A stretch of DNA of 64,000 nt, taken from Octopus sinensis (taxonomy: Eukaryota). Positions 51,711 through 64,000 of the stretch are shown one piece after another (the stretch's first letter is position 1; the number at the start of each line of letters is the position of its first letter). A program made the position numbers and the translations under genes. The DNA is taken from positions 92,442,001 through 92,506,000 of the forward strand of contig NC_043002.1 of assembly GCF_006345805.1 (NCBI RefSeq). Direction: 5' to 3'. The notes under the pieces were generated by a model. It saw nothing but the letters and a program-made list of their open reading frames with translations. It was not told the DNA's origin and did no database searches.

Positions 51711-51814
51711 TTGTCAACACGGAAATTAATTCCGATGCAGTTACAGGAAAGAGACACTAGACAATAACACACGTCCCACAAACATACACTCAGATATACA
51801 TACGAAAGTAGATA

Positions 51815-51985
51815 CACACACATACATACATACATACATACATACATACATACATACATACACACACACATACATACATACATACATACATACATACATA
51901 CACACACACACATACATACATACATTACATACATACATACACATACATACATATATATACATACATACATACATACACACACACA

Positions 51986-52019
<34 letters not shown>

Positions 52020-52464
52020 CATACATACATACATACACACACATACATACATATATATACATACATACATACATACATACACACACACATACATACATAC
52101 ATACATACATACATACATACATACATACATACATACACACACACATACATACATACATACATACATACATACATACATACACACACATACATACATATAT
52201 ATACATACATACATACATACACACACACATACATACATACATACATACATACACACACACATACATACATACATACATACATACATACACACACATACAT
52301 ACATATATATACATACATACATACATACACACACACATACATACATACATACATACATACATACATACATACATACACATACATACATATATACATACAT
52401 ACATACATACACACACACACATACATACATACATACATACACACACACATACATGCATACATAC

Positions 52465-52495
<31 letters not shown>

Positions 52496-52575
52496 CACAC
52501 ATACATACATATATATACATACATACATACATACACACACACACATACATGCATACATACATACATACATACATA
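51815..52575. repeat. Long (TACA)n microsatellite with recurring CACACA/TATATA variants
   Basis: Direct reading. Confidence 0.95.
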
Positions 52576-53220
52576 TGAATATATGGCTCAGGATACATAG
52601 GCACACACATATATATAACAATCATATAAATAGACATCAAATAGCGAATGCGTGCAAAAAAAAAACACACCACAAAGCATACAAAAACGGACACACATGC
52701 TTACATATAGATATAATGCACAGATTCATTTACTACATCAATGCATATGACCCGTAGAGACCTACCCGGAGCGCCAGCGTACAAATGAACACACAGACAA
52801 ATGAATTCTGGAATATGTACACACACACACACACACACACAGCCATGCAAAAAATAAATTAAGACAAGGCACAAGCATATAAACATATACACATAAATGT
52901 ATGGTATAAATATAATAGTGAATGAACATTGAGCTCCGTTATACCCTGCGATAGAAAAGGAAGTAAAATTTTGAAGACAGGAAATGAAAAACCGAAACGG
53001 AAACAGCAATATATACTCAGATTGGTATGCAAGCTATTGAAGTGGGATTAATGCTAGAAAAAAAAAAAACTGCGACGATAGTACGGGACGAGCAATGATT
53101 CGCCCACGTCACATCGAATTAACATAAGTTTAGCTATCGTAAATATTCACAAACTTTATTTCTTGTAAGAATATTATCTGTGTCCTTATATTTACGAAGG
53201 GGAGACAAGCATCCCCAACA

Positions 53221-53291
53221 GCTAGGCCTGCATCTAGAGACATGCGTGTTTCTGAGTATTTGCTCATCATCAGTCTAGAGTAGCAAGGCCT
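53221..53291 (-). ncRNA. Complete type I hammerhead ribozyme
   Basis: Minus strand: UCUAGA-CUGAUGA-UGAG(CAAAUA)CUCA-GAAA-CA(CGCA)UG-UC-UCUAGA. Stem I extends through bulges via GGCCUUGC/GCAGGCC. Predicted cleavage after GUC, between plus-strand positions 53239 and 53238. Confidence 0.85.
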
Positions 53292-53310
53292 GCTAGCTGA
53301 AGATATATAA

Positions 53311-53998
53311 AGATATATAAGGAAGATATATAAGAAGATATATAAGGATATATATAAGATATATAAGGATATATAAGGAAGATATATAAGGATATATATA
53401 AGATATATATAGATATATAAGGAAGATATATAAGAAGATATATAAGGATATATATAAGATATATAAGGATATATAAGGATATATAAGAAAGATATATAAG
53501 GATATATAAGAAGATATATAAGGACATATATAAGATATATAAGGACATATATAAGATATATAAGGATATATAAGGAAGATATATAAGGATATATAAGAAA
53601 GATATATAAGAAGATATATAAGGATATATAAGGAAGATATATAAGAAGATATATAAGGACATATATAAGATATATAAGGATATATAAGGATATATAAGAA
53701 AGATATATAAGAAGATATATAAGGATATATAAGGATATATAAGAAAGATATATAAGAAGATATATAAGGATATATATAAGATATATAAGGATATATAAGA
53801 AAGATATATAAGAAGATATATAAGGATATATAAGGATATATAAGAAAGATATATAAGAAGATATATAAGGATATATATAAGATATATAAGGATATATAAG
53901 GATATATAAGAAAGATATATAAGAAGATATATAAGAATATATAAGGAAGATATATAAGAAGATATATAAGGATATATATAAGATATATAAGGTTATAT
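53311..53998. repeat. AT/purine-rich minisatellite built from GAAGATATATAAG(G) variants
   Basis: Bounded by 26-bp direct repeats AAGGCCTGCTAGCTGAAGATATATAA (53285-53310, 53999-54024). Confidence 0.92.
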
Positions 53999-54299
53999 AA
54001 GGCCTGCTAGCTGAAGATATATAAGGACACAGAAAATGTGTCAAAGCCGACAGGAAGCGTCGATGCTTCCTAGGGCTAAATAGCGGTGGTGTGATTCCCT
54101 TTACGGGACTGTCACGTTAAGTTGACATTATACAACCGCTCTATCGTTCCACCACCGCTCATATCTCTCTGAGATATTTAGAAATTTAATATTTCTAAAT
54201 AAGAATATTATATTTTCCGTAAAATATATATACGATGTATGAATTGTCTTCTTTTTTTTTCTTCAGTTTTTAACTATTTTAAAAAATTTCTTTTATTTG

Positions 54300-54700
54300 T
54301 TTATCTCGCTTCACTGTCATCATGCTGGGACACCGCCTTAAAGGGATTTTATTTGAACAAACCGACCCCTGGACTTCTTTCTCTTTTTTTAAAAACCTTT
54401 TACTTATTTTATCGGTACCTTTTGCTGAAACGCTATGTTACGGAAACGTAAGTACACCAACACTGGTTATCAAGCGATTGGTGGGGGACAAACACAGATA
54501 CAAAGACACACACTTATAGATATATGCAAATATATAAATATATATACGACAGGCTTCTTTCAGTTTCCGTCTGCCAAATCCACCCACAAAGCTTTGGTTG
54601 ACCCAAGGTAATAGTAGAAGACATTTGCCCAAGTTGCCACGCAATGGGACTGAACTCGGAACTATGTAGTTGGTAAGCAAGCTTCTTACCACACAGCCAC
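54300..54700 (-). mobile_element. SINE family A, diverged
   Basis: Family A motifs on the minus strand. Confidence 0.75.
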
Positions 54701-54849
54701 GCCTTCGATTTTCTTTCGCACCTTTACCCTTGTCTTTCTTTAGGGAAAAATATATGGGATTTACTTTCACTTCTTTCGAATTTTACTTTCACGATTTTGT
54801 CTTTTTTTTCGCTTTTGTTTTATTTATCGCATGTTATGTTCTCTCTCTT

Positions 54850-54883
<34 letters not shown>

Positions 54884-55293
54884 GCTCTCTCTTGCTCTCT
54901 CTCTCTCTCTCTCTGTCTTTGTCTCTCTCTCTCTCTCGCTCTCTCTCTCTCTGTCTCTGTCTCTCTGTCTCTCTCTCTCTGTCTCTCTCTCTCTCTCTCT
55001 CCTCTTGATATGGTTTACGAGAGTATTCACATATTTGTATGAATCAACATCGTTAAATGGCAATATTTCCATGTATGCGTGTATGTGTCCGGTTTTGGTT
55101 ACGTTTACAGCCCTCAGAAACCGATTGTTTTGCTTATGCCCCGGGACGAAGCACTTCGTCAAAACAATTTGGATGAAATAAGTACGAGCTGAAGTTCCTG
55201 GCTTTGGGTAAAAGAAATACAGGACGATCATTAATTATGATTTTATTCAACATATTCTCCTCTCAGATTCACATTGGGCATCAGTTTTTCCAA

Positions 55294-55344
<51 letters not shown>

Positions 55345-55461
55345 ATATATATATATGTAAAGTTAATCCAAACATGAAAACACAAAGAGAAAACACAACA
55401 ACGCGAGGACGTGGAACAAGTATAGTATTATGGACGCTCAGGAAAGAAGGGAAGAAGGAGG

Positions 55462-55496
55462 GTTTTACGTTTCGAGCGAAGCTCTTCGTCAGAAAC
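55462..55496 (-). ncRNA. Minimal hammerhead motif in a Penelope-like terminal repeat fragment (~55360-55510)
   Basis: GUUU-CUGACGA-A-GAGC(UUC)GCUC-GAAA-CGU-A-AAAC, with palindromic loopless stem III ACGU. Confidence 0.65.
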
Positions 55497-55536
55497 ATAG
55501 GAAAAGGAATAGAGAGAGAGAGAGGGGGAGAGAGAG

Positions 55537-55625
<89 letters not shown>

Positions 55626-55773
55626 TGTGTATGTATGTATATACATAGATTTGTATATCTCATTTCTTTGTAAATAACTTATCCATTTGACCATAAATCC
55701 AAAGGTAGACTGCTTATACATATTTATATTTTTAAACAAATTTTGTGTTGTGTGTGTGTGTTTGTGTGTGTAT

Positions 55774-55814
<41 letters not shown>

Positions 55815-56370
55815 GTGTTTTGAGGCTGTGTGTATGCATCTATATACACACGCATAATTGATTATTGCTGTTATGGATATTTTCTCCGAAAAGATGGAAA
55901 TAATTTGGATTACACTTATTAGTATAAAAATTTAAATTCAAATTTAAATTGATTCTATTTCTGTCTCTCTTGTTCACTCTCCTTCTACACAGCTAAAAAA
56001 AAAAAAAACTTTGGCAAAAAAAAAAAAAAGGCTCCGATTGAAATGTCTTCGAATAGCTTGCCTATCAGTCTTGGCTAAAATGTTTTCTCTTTTCATAACG
56101 GAATAATATGGTATCACTAAGAAATTGTTAATTTCGTTCCGATGAATTTCAAATGGATCAAAATAGCTACAAATTAGTATTGAAGATTTGTTAATTAATT
56201 ACGAATTTAAGAACTCCATTAAAGAATTGTGATTAAACTCAGCTTGTATAGTATACATTATTCTATCTAAAACATTAACGAAAAAAGTATTAAGTATTGA
56301 CTTCTGGTGGTAAGATTATTCTCCTTCTGGAATGGAAGGACCGGTCAAACCACAGCTAACTACGATATGA

Positions 56371-56757
56371 GGTGGAGGCGCAATGGCCCAGTGGTTAGGG
56401 CAGCGGACTCGCGGTCGTAGGATCGCGGTTTCGATTCCCAGACCGGGCGTTGTGAGTATTTATTGAGCGAAAACACCTAAAGCTTCACGAGGCTCCGGCA
56501 GGGATGGTGGTGTTCCCTGCTGTACTCTTTCACCACAACTTTCTCTCACTCTTACTTCCTGTTTCTGTTGTACCTGTATTTCAAAGGGCCGGCCTTGTCA
56601 CTCTCTGTGTCACGCTGAATATCCCCGAGAACTACGTTAAGGGTGCACGTGTCTGTGGAGTGCTCAGCCACTTACACGTTAATTTCACGAGCAGGCTGTT
56701 CCGTTGATTGGATCAACCGGAACCCTCGTCGTCGTAACCGACGGAGTGCTTCCATCC
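56371..56757 (+). mobile_element. tRNA-derived SINE family C, full length
   Basis: A/B-box-like head (TGGCCCAGTGG ... GTTTCGATTCC); 12-bp TSD ACTACGATATGA (56359-56370, 56758-56769). Confidence 0.88.
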
Positions 56758-57482
56758 ACTACGATATGAAAAATGCAAGGTGAAAATCTGTAATCCTCCA
56801 TTTTGATTAGAAGACGATTTGTTTCGAACATCTGTTGTTAGGTAAAGGAGGAAGCACGTATATTACAGACATCACTGAAAAGGCTAGAATCACAAACATC
56901 ACTGAAATGACCTAGGAGACATTCGCGGCTATAAACGACTACTGCTGCTATGGTCAATTTCACAGGAAAGTTGGAAACAGTTGAGGTTGTTCTCATTTTT
57001 AACGTAAATCTAATTTCAAATCTTATAATTCTGCTTCTTCCTCCGTTACTTAGCCCGTCCGTAACGTTTCCACATGATTAGTCGAAGGGAGGAGGGGAGA
57101 GAGAGAGTGAAATGTGTAATTTCTTTTAACTAAGTTTTTTCTCCTCCATTACTTAACCCGTCTGCAACGCATCCCCATGATTAGTTAAAGGGGAAGGCGA
57201 AGACCGAAAGAAAAAGGCGAAGGGTGACAGAGAAAGCGAGAGAGTGTTGTGTATTAAGTCTATAAAATTATGCATAAAGTATATAAAGTGCATTAAGTAA
57301 CCATCGTATTCCAATTTCCTACACTTTTCAATGATTAGCAGATGAGCGACTATCTTTCGATACAGACACAACATAGGTTACGCTATCATGTTTTTATGGA
57401 TAAAGTTTTCAGAAACAACCCAATAAGTTTACCATTAATTCCATGAAATATTCAAGGGTCTCGTTAGTTTAAATTAATTCTA

Positions 57483-57530
<48 letters not shown>

Positions 57531-58036
57531 TTCTTTCTTTCTTTCTTTCTCGCTCTTGCTTTCATTCTCTGCCCCCCCTCTCTCTTTTTCTCACTAGCCC
57601 TCTACAAAAATAACAAACTGATAAAAAAATTTCCTATAGGAATGTTTTTGTTCAACTAGCTTCACTTACTCTTAACCGAATTATTTTCTTCTTTCAATAC
57701 GAAACAAAATTACGAAGTTCTCAATTTCCACGCGATCTGATGAGATTCAAATACATCGAAATAGCTGTATATGAAACATTGAATATGGATTTAAGGAATC
57801 CATAACTGAAACAACAACAACAACAAAAAAGATTAACATATATATCTTCGTGTAATATATAATATAATATAAGACGAAATATATATGAGAGTGTGTGAAT
57901 ATGTGTACTGAGTGCCAGTGAGATTTAAGGACATAACGGGTAATTTAACATAAATCTAATCGAGCAAAAAAAAACCAGATTTATTTTAGTAAAAATTTGT
58001 GTTTGTGTTCTCGATAAGCTTTCTTATCACATTACC

Positions 58037-58450
58037 TATTTCTTTACAACCCACAAGGGGCTAAACACAGAGGGGACAAACAAGGACAGACATAGGTATT
58101 AAGTCGATTACATCGACCCCAGTGCGTAACTGGTACTTAATTTATCGACCCCGAAAGGATGAAAGGCAAAGTCGACCTCGGCGGAATTTGAACTCACAAC
58201 GTAACGCAGACGAAATACCTATTTCTTTATTACCCACAAGGGGCTAAACACAGAGGGGACAAACAAGGACAGACATAGGTATTAAGTCGATTACATCGAC
58301 CCCAGTGCGTAACTGGTACTTAATTTATCGACCCCGAAAGGATGAAAGGCAAAGTCGACCTCGGCGGAATTTGAACTCACAACGTAACGCAGACGAAATA
58401 CCGCTAAGCATTTCGCCCGGCGTGCTAACGCTTCTGCCAGCTCGCCGCCT
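58037..58450 (-). mobile_element. SINE family B head-to-tail dimer within one TSD
   Basis: Two near-identical ~182-bp units; 16-bp direct repeat TTCTTATCACATTACC at 58021-58036 and 58459-58474. Confidence 0.9.
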
Positions 58451-58469
58451 TTATCACATTCTTATCACA

Positions 58470-59431
58470 TTACCATGTGATTCCATCTTCTGTTTTGACG
58501 ACGGCTTCAATGCGGGGCAAGAGTCATTGATATGCCAGCATTAAATGGTGCTCATTCATTTTCATTGTCCAGGTGGACAATGGCGGCCTTCAGTGAAGCT
58601 CTGGTAATGTGAGGATGTTGATTAGTTTCCCTTTCAACAACGCTCCAAACGCGTAGACCGTGTGATTTTAATCTAACGAGTTTGGCATCTATAAGTTTAG
58701 TGCCTTCCACTACATATACTTCATGAATCCAGAGCTTAATATCTCTAGCACCTGAACGTACCAAACAGCATTAATTCTAAAACCCTGTGAAGAGATCTAA
58801 GATGGCATAATATCACCTTCGTTACTCATCCCTCCTAAAACCCTCACAATAGCTAGAAACTTACTGTGTATCATCCTTTGATCATCAGAAGGATCTACAT
58901 ACTTAACCATCTGCCATTTCTCATGTTAGACATTTGGTTTTAGTCAAAGTTTTACTTATCAGAAAAGAACCAAAACATACCAAGTGGTGAGGAATTTTAA
59001 CTTTGTTATGTAACTGGTTGGTACAGATCAACCGGTTTTTCTGTATGTTCGCAAGCATGAATATGGTATCGTCTTCAGTACATACGACTTACATCGAATT
59101 CATGCACCACAGTTCTGATGGCTCACTCTGGCACAACATTCTTTTGCAATGACTGTCATTGATTTCTCGGTATCATCATCGATTATGTATTGAACCCGTT
59201 TGGATAAATTAAGAAGTTTTTATAGTGTCTGAATGTTTAGAATATTTTGCTTTTTATATATACACAGTTCAAATATTCCAGCTCGAGGCTTTCAGTTCCA
59301 TCCGAACTATGTGTACAAAAGATCTTGCAGCATTTAGAAAGTCGGTGAATTCCAAGATCACTGCGTTCTGCACGCATGGCAACTGTGACTGCATATCTTT
59401 GCATTTCTTGTGTTAGCATATTATCCTCCAA
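58470..59431 (-). pseudogene. maT/DD37D-like transposase remnant
   Basis: N-terminus MEDNMLTQEMQRYAVTVAMRAE; C-terminus VWSVVERETNQHPHITRASLKAAI...RIEAVVKTEDG. Confidence 0.7.
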
Positions 59432-61450
59432 GGAGGAACCGAAAGCAATAAAAACCCTTTTATTGGATTGAAGGAAATAATATACTGATAATTAGGTGTC
59501 CTTAAATGCCTTTTGCAGCCTGCACTAAATAATGTCAACAGACAAATAACTAAATGAATACTTGCTTATAAATAAATGAATAACAAACATCGACGCATTG
59601 AGTGGGTGACATAATTTTTTAAAATTTGGTAAATTTCGGACGCAGGAGAATATCTATGAAAGCAGCTTTTGAAAATTGTGTAAAAGTACCCTTATTGATG
59701 GCAAAATGTGTGAGTTTGATTCTTTGTAGCAGCTGCTGGTTATTATTTTCTGTCTATAGGGGTACATTTACCCGATTTTTCAAGCTGCTTTCACAGCTAC
59801 TCTCCTGCAAACAAGATTTCTTGATTTCTATAAATAACTACATAAGATAAATTCCTAATGGAGATTCATGAATACATTTTATAAACTTTAGAGTTACTGA
59901 TATGCTGATAGAATTCCGTTCCCAATGATCAATCATACAGACAGCCATTTAACAGACAATTTCAGAAAACAATACGTTCTCGTAGCAACCCATGGTTTCA
60001 GCCAACACTGCCAGCTACAAATCTTGCAAGATATCTTTCTCTTCACAACCTACTTTTGCTTTATTGTTTAATAAAATTTATGTGTTAGGAAGTCAGAAGA
60101 GGTGTGAACTGGTGGGCAGTAATGAAAATGAAATACTTAATCCCTTCGTTTTTATTTCTTTCTTAGAGCAAACCAATTTTAACCGTATTTTAACAGTTTA
60201 ATAATCACAAATAGCTAAGATTGGTTTTAAATTTTTAAATTTTTAAATTTTGGCACAAGTTTGGGAGGAAGAGCTAAGTCGATTAAATTGGCTCAAGTAT
60301 TCAACTAGTACTAATTTCATCGACCCCGAAAGAGTAAAAGGCAAAGTCAACCCTTCTGGCGGAATTTTAACTCAGAGCGTAAAGACGGACCAAAAGCCAC
60401 CAAACATTGAACCCGGCTCTGTAACGATCTTGCCCGCTCGCCCCCTTCACAAATTGACAATCATCACTAAATTCATCCGATCCCACTGTGAAGTCTTTTT
60501 TCTTTTACTTTCTTTTTCTTTTCTTTTTAATTCGTCAGCACCTACCAGAGGGAGAAAGGTATTCTCAAACTGGATCCGACTTGATCCGAACTTTTACAAC
60601 TAAGCGGACTCTACCAAAAGCACCCAGGATACCAGGTGATGGCGTTATTTAAACCGGGTGACATATTAAGTTTACCATGACCTTGGATTTAAACTTGAAA
60701 CGCAAAGAGCTGGAGCAAATACCACAAGGCGTTTATCCCAGTTTTTACTCTTCTGCCAACCCATCGACCTGTATTAGTTTAAAGTTGTATTTTCTTTTAA
60801 AGACTCGAAAAAGATGAAAGACAAAGTTGATGTTGGTAGGATTTGAACTCAGAACGCAGGAGCTTCGATACACATACACACATATATTTACACATACACA
60901 CACACAAATGCCGTATTTATCCAGCGCTCTAATGACTCTCCCTAGCCATAACCTACTTTTACTTTATTATTTATTGAGCATAGCAATAATATGTGTTAAT
61001 CAGTGAAAAACCTGATCAACTTATCAATAATTCAAGCATCGACACCGCAAACATCACTGCATTGTGGAAGACAGCACATAACTATTGTCAAGTTGTGGAA
61101 GAGACAATATACCACCGCTGGTACTAAACAATGATAGACAATGCATAAACTGTTGTTAGTGTTACCGGACTGTGGGAAAAAGTGCTCGAAAAGTGACAAT
61201 ATATCGGTACATGTATCAGGGATACAGTAAGATTCACGACGAATTTGGCGCTCGCAGTCTTGATAGATGATCCCATTTGTACGATATATAGCGCCCTATA
61301 CAGGGATCCCTAGTCACAGGGCCGAAGACCAGTACCAAAGAATAAATTTTTGAATTTTATATCCATTTTATTGACGATCGCAGCCTTCAGAGTGTTTTCA
61401 CATCATATGTGCATTATGTATGTAATACAAATGTATTATATTTGTAATAT

Positions 61451-61955
61451 ATGTATTTACATATATATGTAAGTATGTATGCACGTATGTATGTATGTAT
61501 GTATGTATGTATGTATGTATGTATGTATGTTTGTATGTATGTATGTATGTATGTATGTATGTATGTATGCATGTATGCATGTATGCATGTATGTATGTAT
61601 GTATGTATGTTTGTATGTATGTATGTATGTATGTATGTATGCATGTATGCATGTATGTATGTATGTATGTTTGTATGTATGTATGTATGTATGTTTGTAT
61701 GTATGTATGTATGTATGTATGTATTTACATATGTATGTAAGTATGTATGCACGTATGTATGTATGTATGTATGTATGTATGTATGTATGCATGTATGCAT
61801 GTATGCATGTATGTATGTATGTATGTTTGTATGTATGTATGTATGTATGTATGTATGCATGTATGCATGTATGTATGTATGTATGTATGTATGTATGTAT
61901 GTATGTATGTATGTATGTATATGTATGCATGCATGTGTGTACGTCTGTATGTATG
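61451..61955. repeat. (TATG)n microsatellite with a ~270-bp internal duplication
   Basis: The motif TTTACATAT.TATGTAAGTATGTATGCACG occurs near 61456 and 61724. Confidence 0.9.
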
Positions 61956-61957
61956 TC

Positions 61958-62750
61958 ACTTAGTCACGCATACAGTGGACGACTCAGCCGTTCATGCTCC
62001 CTGGATGATGAAATATCTTTCAGGCTGCAGAGAGCAACTGATTCCTTCCGGTTTCTTCAGTCTCGTGTCTTGTCTCAGTATGGTATCACAAAACAAGCAA
62101 AAAATCGCTGTGTACCGTGCATGTGTACTGACATCGCTCCTTTACTCATATAAAACATGGACCCTTTACGAAGGTCATGTAAAGGTCTTTGAACGCTTTA
62201 ATCAGAGATGTCTCAGACACATTCTGAATGTTGGCTGGACATTAAAAACTCCAGACACACAGGTCCTGAGGACAGCTGATATCTTGAGTATTGAGGCGAT
62301 GGTGCACAAGCACCGGTTACGGTGGACTGGACACTGTTATACGGGGAACTTGTTAATAGAAAGAGACCCCGGCAGAAACCAAGGCTGCGATTTAAGGACT
62401 GTGTCAAGTCCTCGTTATAGGCCTGTGATATTTGCAGGAGACTGACAAGGAGAGCAATGCATGTTACCACCACAGATGAGGGAAGCAGGTTAAGGAAGGG
62501 GTCAGCACCTTTGAGAGAGCATGTATTCTGCATGAAGAACTTAAGGGTGCTGCTCGAAAGTGCACTGCTGGTGTAGTGAAAGGAGAACGCTTGGTTTGCA
62601 ATGTTTGCAGTCGAGTATGTTTGTCAAGAGCAGGGCTCATTAGCCGCAAATGCAAAATAATAGTTAGTCCAAGAGCGCTCACTGTTCCTGAAGGTCTTAC
62701 TCAGTCACGAATAGACGGTCTTACTCAGTCACGAATAGACGGCCATTCTG
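61958..62750 (+). mobile_element. 5'-truncated RTE (BovB-like) LINE
   Basis: LSRSCSLDDEISFRLQRAT...KIAVYRACVLTSLLY..KTWT...FNQRCLRHILNVGW...RLRWTGH...RLRFKDCVK and a terminal CNVCSRVCLSRAGLIS zinc finger; frameshifts. Confidence 0.88.
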
Positions 62751-63120
62751 TATGTATGTATGTATGTATGTATGTATGTATGTATGCATGCATGCATGCA
62801 TGCATGTATGTATGCATGTATGTATGTATGTATGTATGTATGTATGTATGTATGTATGTATGCATGTATGTATGTATATATGCATGTATGTATGGTCTTA
62901 CTCAGTCACGAATAGACGGCCATTCTGTATGTATGTATGTATGTATGTATGCATGCATGCATGTATGTATGTATGTATCTATGCATGTATGTATGTATGT
63001 ATGTATGTATGCATGTATGTATGTATGTATGTATATATGCATGTATGTATGTATGTATGTATGTATGTATGTATGTATGTATGTATGCATGCATGTGTGT
63101 ATGTATTATAGATGTAATCT

Positions 63121-63468
63121 GAAGGCGCATGGTTCAGCAGTTAGAGCGTCGGTTACACAATCATGAGATAGCGAATTCGATTCCCGGATCGGGCTGAGTT
63201 GTGTTCTTGAGCAAGATACTTTATTTCACGTTGCTCCAGAGTTCACTCGGCTGTAGAAATTAAATTCGACGTCGCTGGTGCCAAGCTCTATCGGCGTTTG
63301 CCTTTCCTTTTGACAACGTCGGTAGCGTGGGGGAAGGAAAGCTGGTATGCATGGGCGACTGCTGGTCTTCCATAAACAACCTTGCCCGGACTCGTGCCTC
63401 AGAGAGGAACTTTCTAGGTGCAATCCTATGGTCATTCATGACCGAAGGAGGTCTTTACCCTTTACCCT
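63121..63468 (+). mobile_element. SINE family D, full length
   Basis: tRNA-like head GAAGGCGCATGGTTCAGCAGTTAGAGCGTCGG...TTCGATTCCC; (TTTACCC)n tail. Confidence 0.82.
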
Positions 63469-63514
63469 AGACGTAATATTTAAATTATATATTAAGCATT
63501 TCATTGAATTATGT

Positions 63515-63922
63515 TGTGGCTGTGTGGTAAGTAGCTTGTCTACCAACCACATGGTTTCGGGTTCAGTCCCACTGCGTGGCACCTTGGGCAAGTGTCTTCT
63601 ACTATAGCCTCAGGCCGACCAAAGCCTTGTGAGTGGATTTGGTAGACGGAAACTGAAAAAAGCCCGTCGTATATATGTATATGTATATATATGCGTGTGT
63701 GTGTTTGTGTGTCTGTGTTTGTCCCTTAGCATTGCTTGACAACCGATGCTGGTGTGTTTATGTCCCCGTTACTTAGCGGTTCGGCAAAAGAGACCGATAG
63801 AATAAGTACTTGGTTTACAAAAGAATAAGTCCCGGGGTCGACTTGCTCGATTAAAGGCGGTGCTCCAGCATGGCCGCAGTCAAATGACTGAAACAAGTAA
63901 AAGAGTAAAAGAGTAAAAGAGC
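63515..63922 (+). mobile_element. SINE family A, full length
   Basis: Canonical body and (AAAAGAGT)n tail. Confidence 0.88.
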
Positions 63923-64000
63923 GTGTTCCCTTGGTCTGTGGGAAAACTTATCTCACGTGAAATCGGCTCGTGGTACAAAAAGAATGATGGTGGCTGCGGC

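Noticed and set aside
54052-54165. tRNA gene, or pistol/HDV ribozyme, in the cloverleaf-like region
   Set aside because: No T-loop TTCRA or canonical D-arm. The TAGGGC/TAAATAG and GGCTAA words lack the required pseudoknot partners. Kept only as generic structure.
56371-56445. Functional tRNA genes at SINE heads (also 14790-14863 and 63121-63195)
   Set aside because: The tRNA-like heads run into SINE bodies with tails/TSDs and lack complete acceptor stems.

Overview
AT-rich, repeat-saturated animal genomic DNA, most likely Octopus. This is inferred from the tRNA-derived SINE families and the (TACA)n/(AAT)n/(TA)n microsatellite spectrum; no database search was run. There is no intact multi-exon gene. 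Most listed ORFs are microsatellite artefacts or decayed transposon fragments. The only host-gene signal is one candidate 72-nt minus-strand exon (15307-15378). The window holds dozens of SINE copies from at least four families. It also holds remnants of R4/Dong, CR1, RTE and Penelope-like (PLE) retroelements, Tc1, mariner/maT, pogo and hAT transposases, a non-autonomous Helitron, and three copies of a Merlin-like MITE carrying TTAGGG repeats. The most interesting layer is RNA structure, with several hammerhead ribozyme (HHR) motifs. One is a complete type I HHR inside a highly structured, retrozyme-like element at about 53.1-54.2 kb. Two more are divergent HHRs in the arms of a 470-bp near-perfect palindrome at 12.6-13.1 kb. 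Minimal or variant HHRs occur in PLE-like ends. Other notable signals are LINE families sitting specifically inside (TACA)n or (AAT)n tracts, SINE multimers that share one junction, and several local templated duplications.
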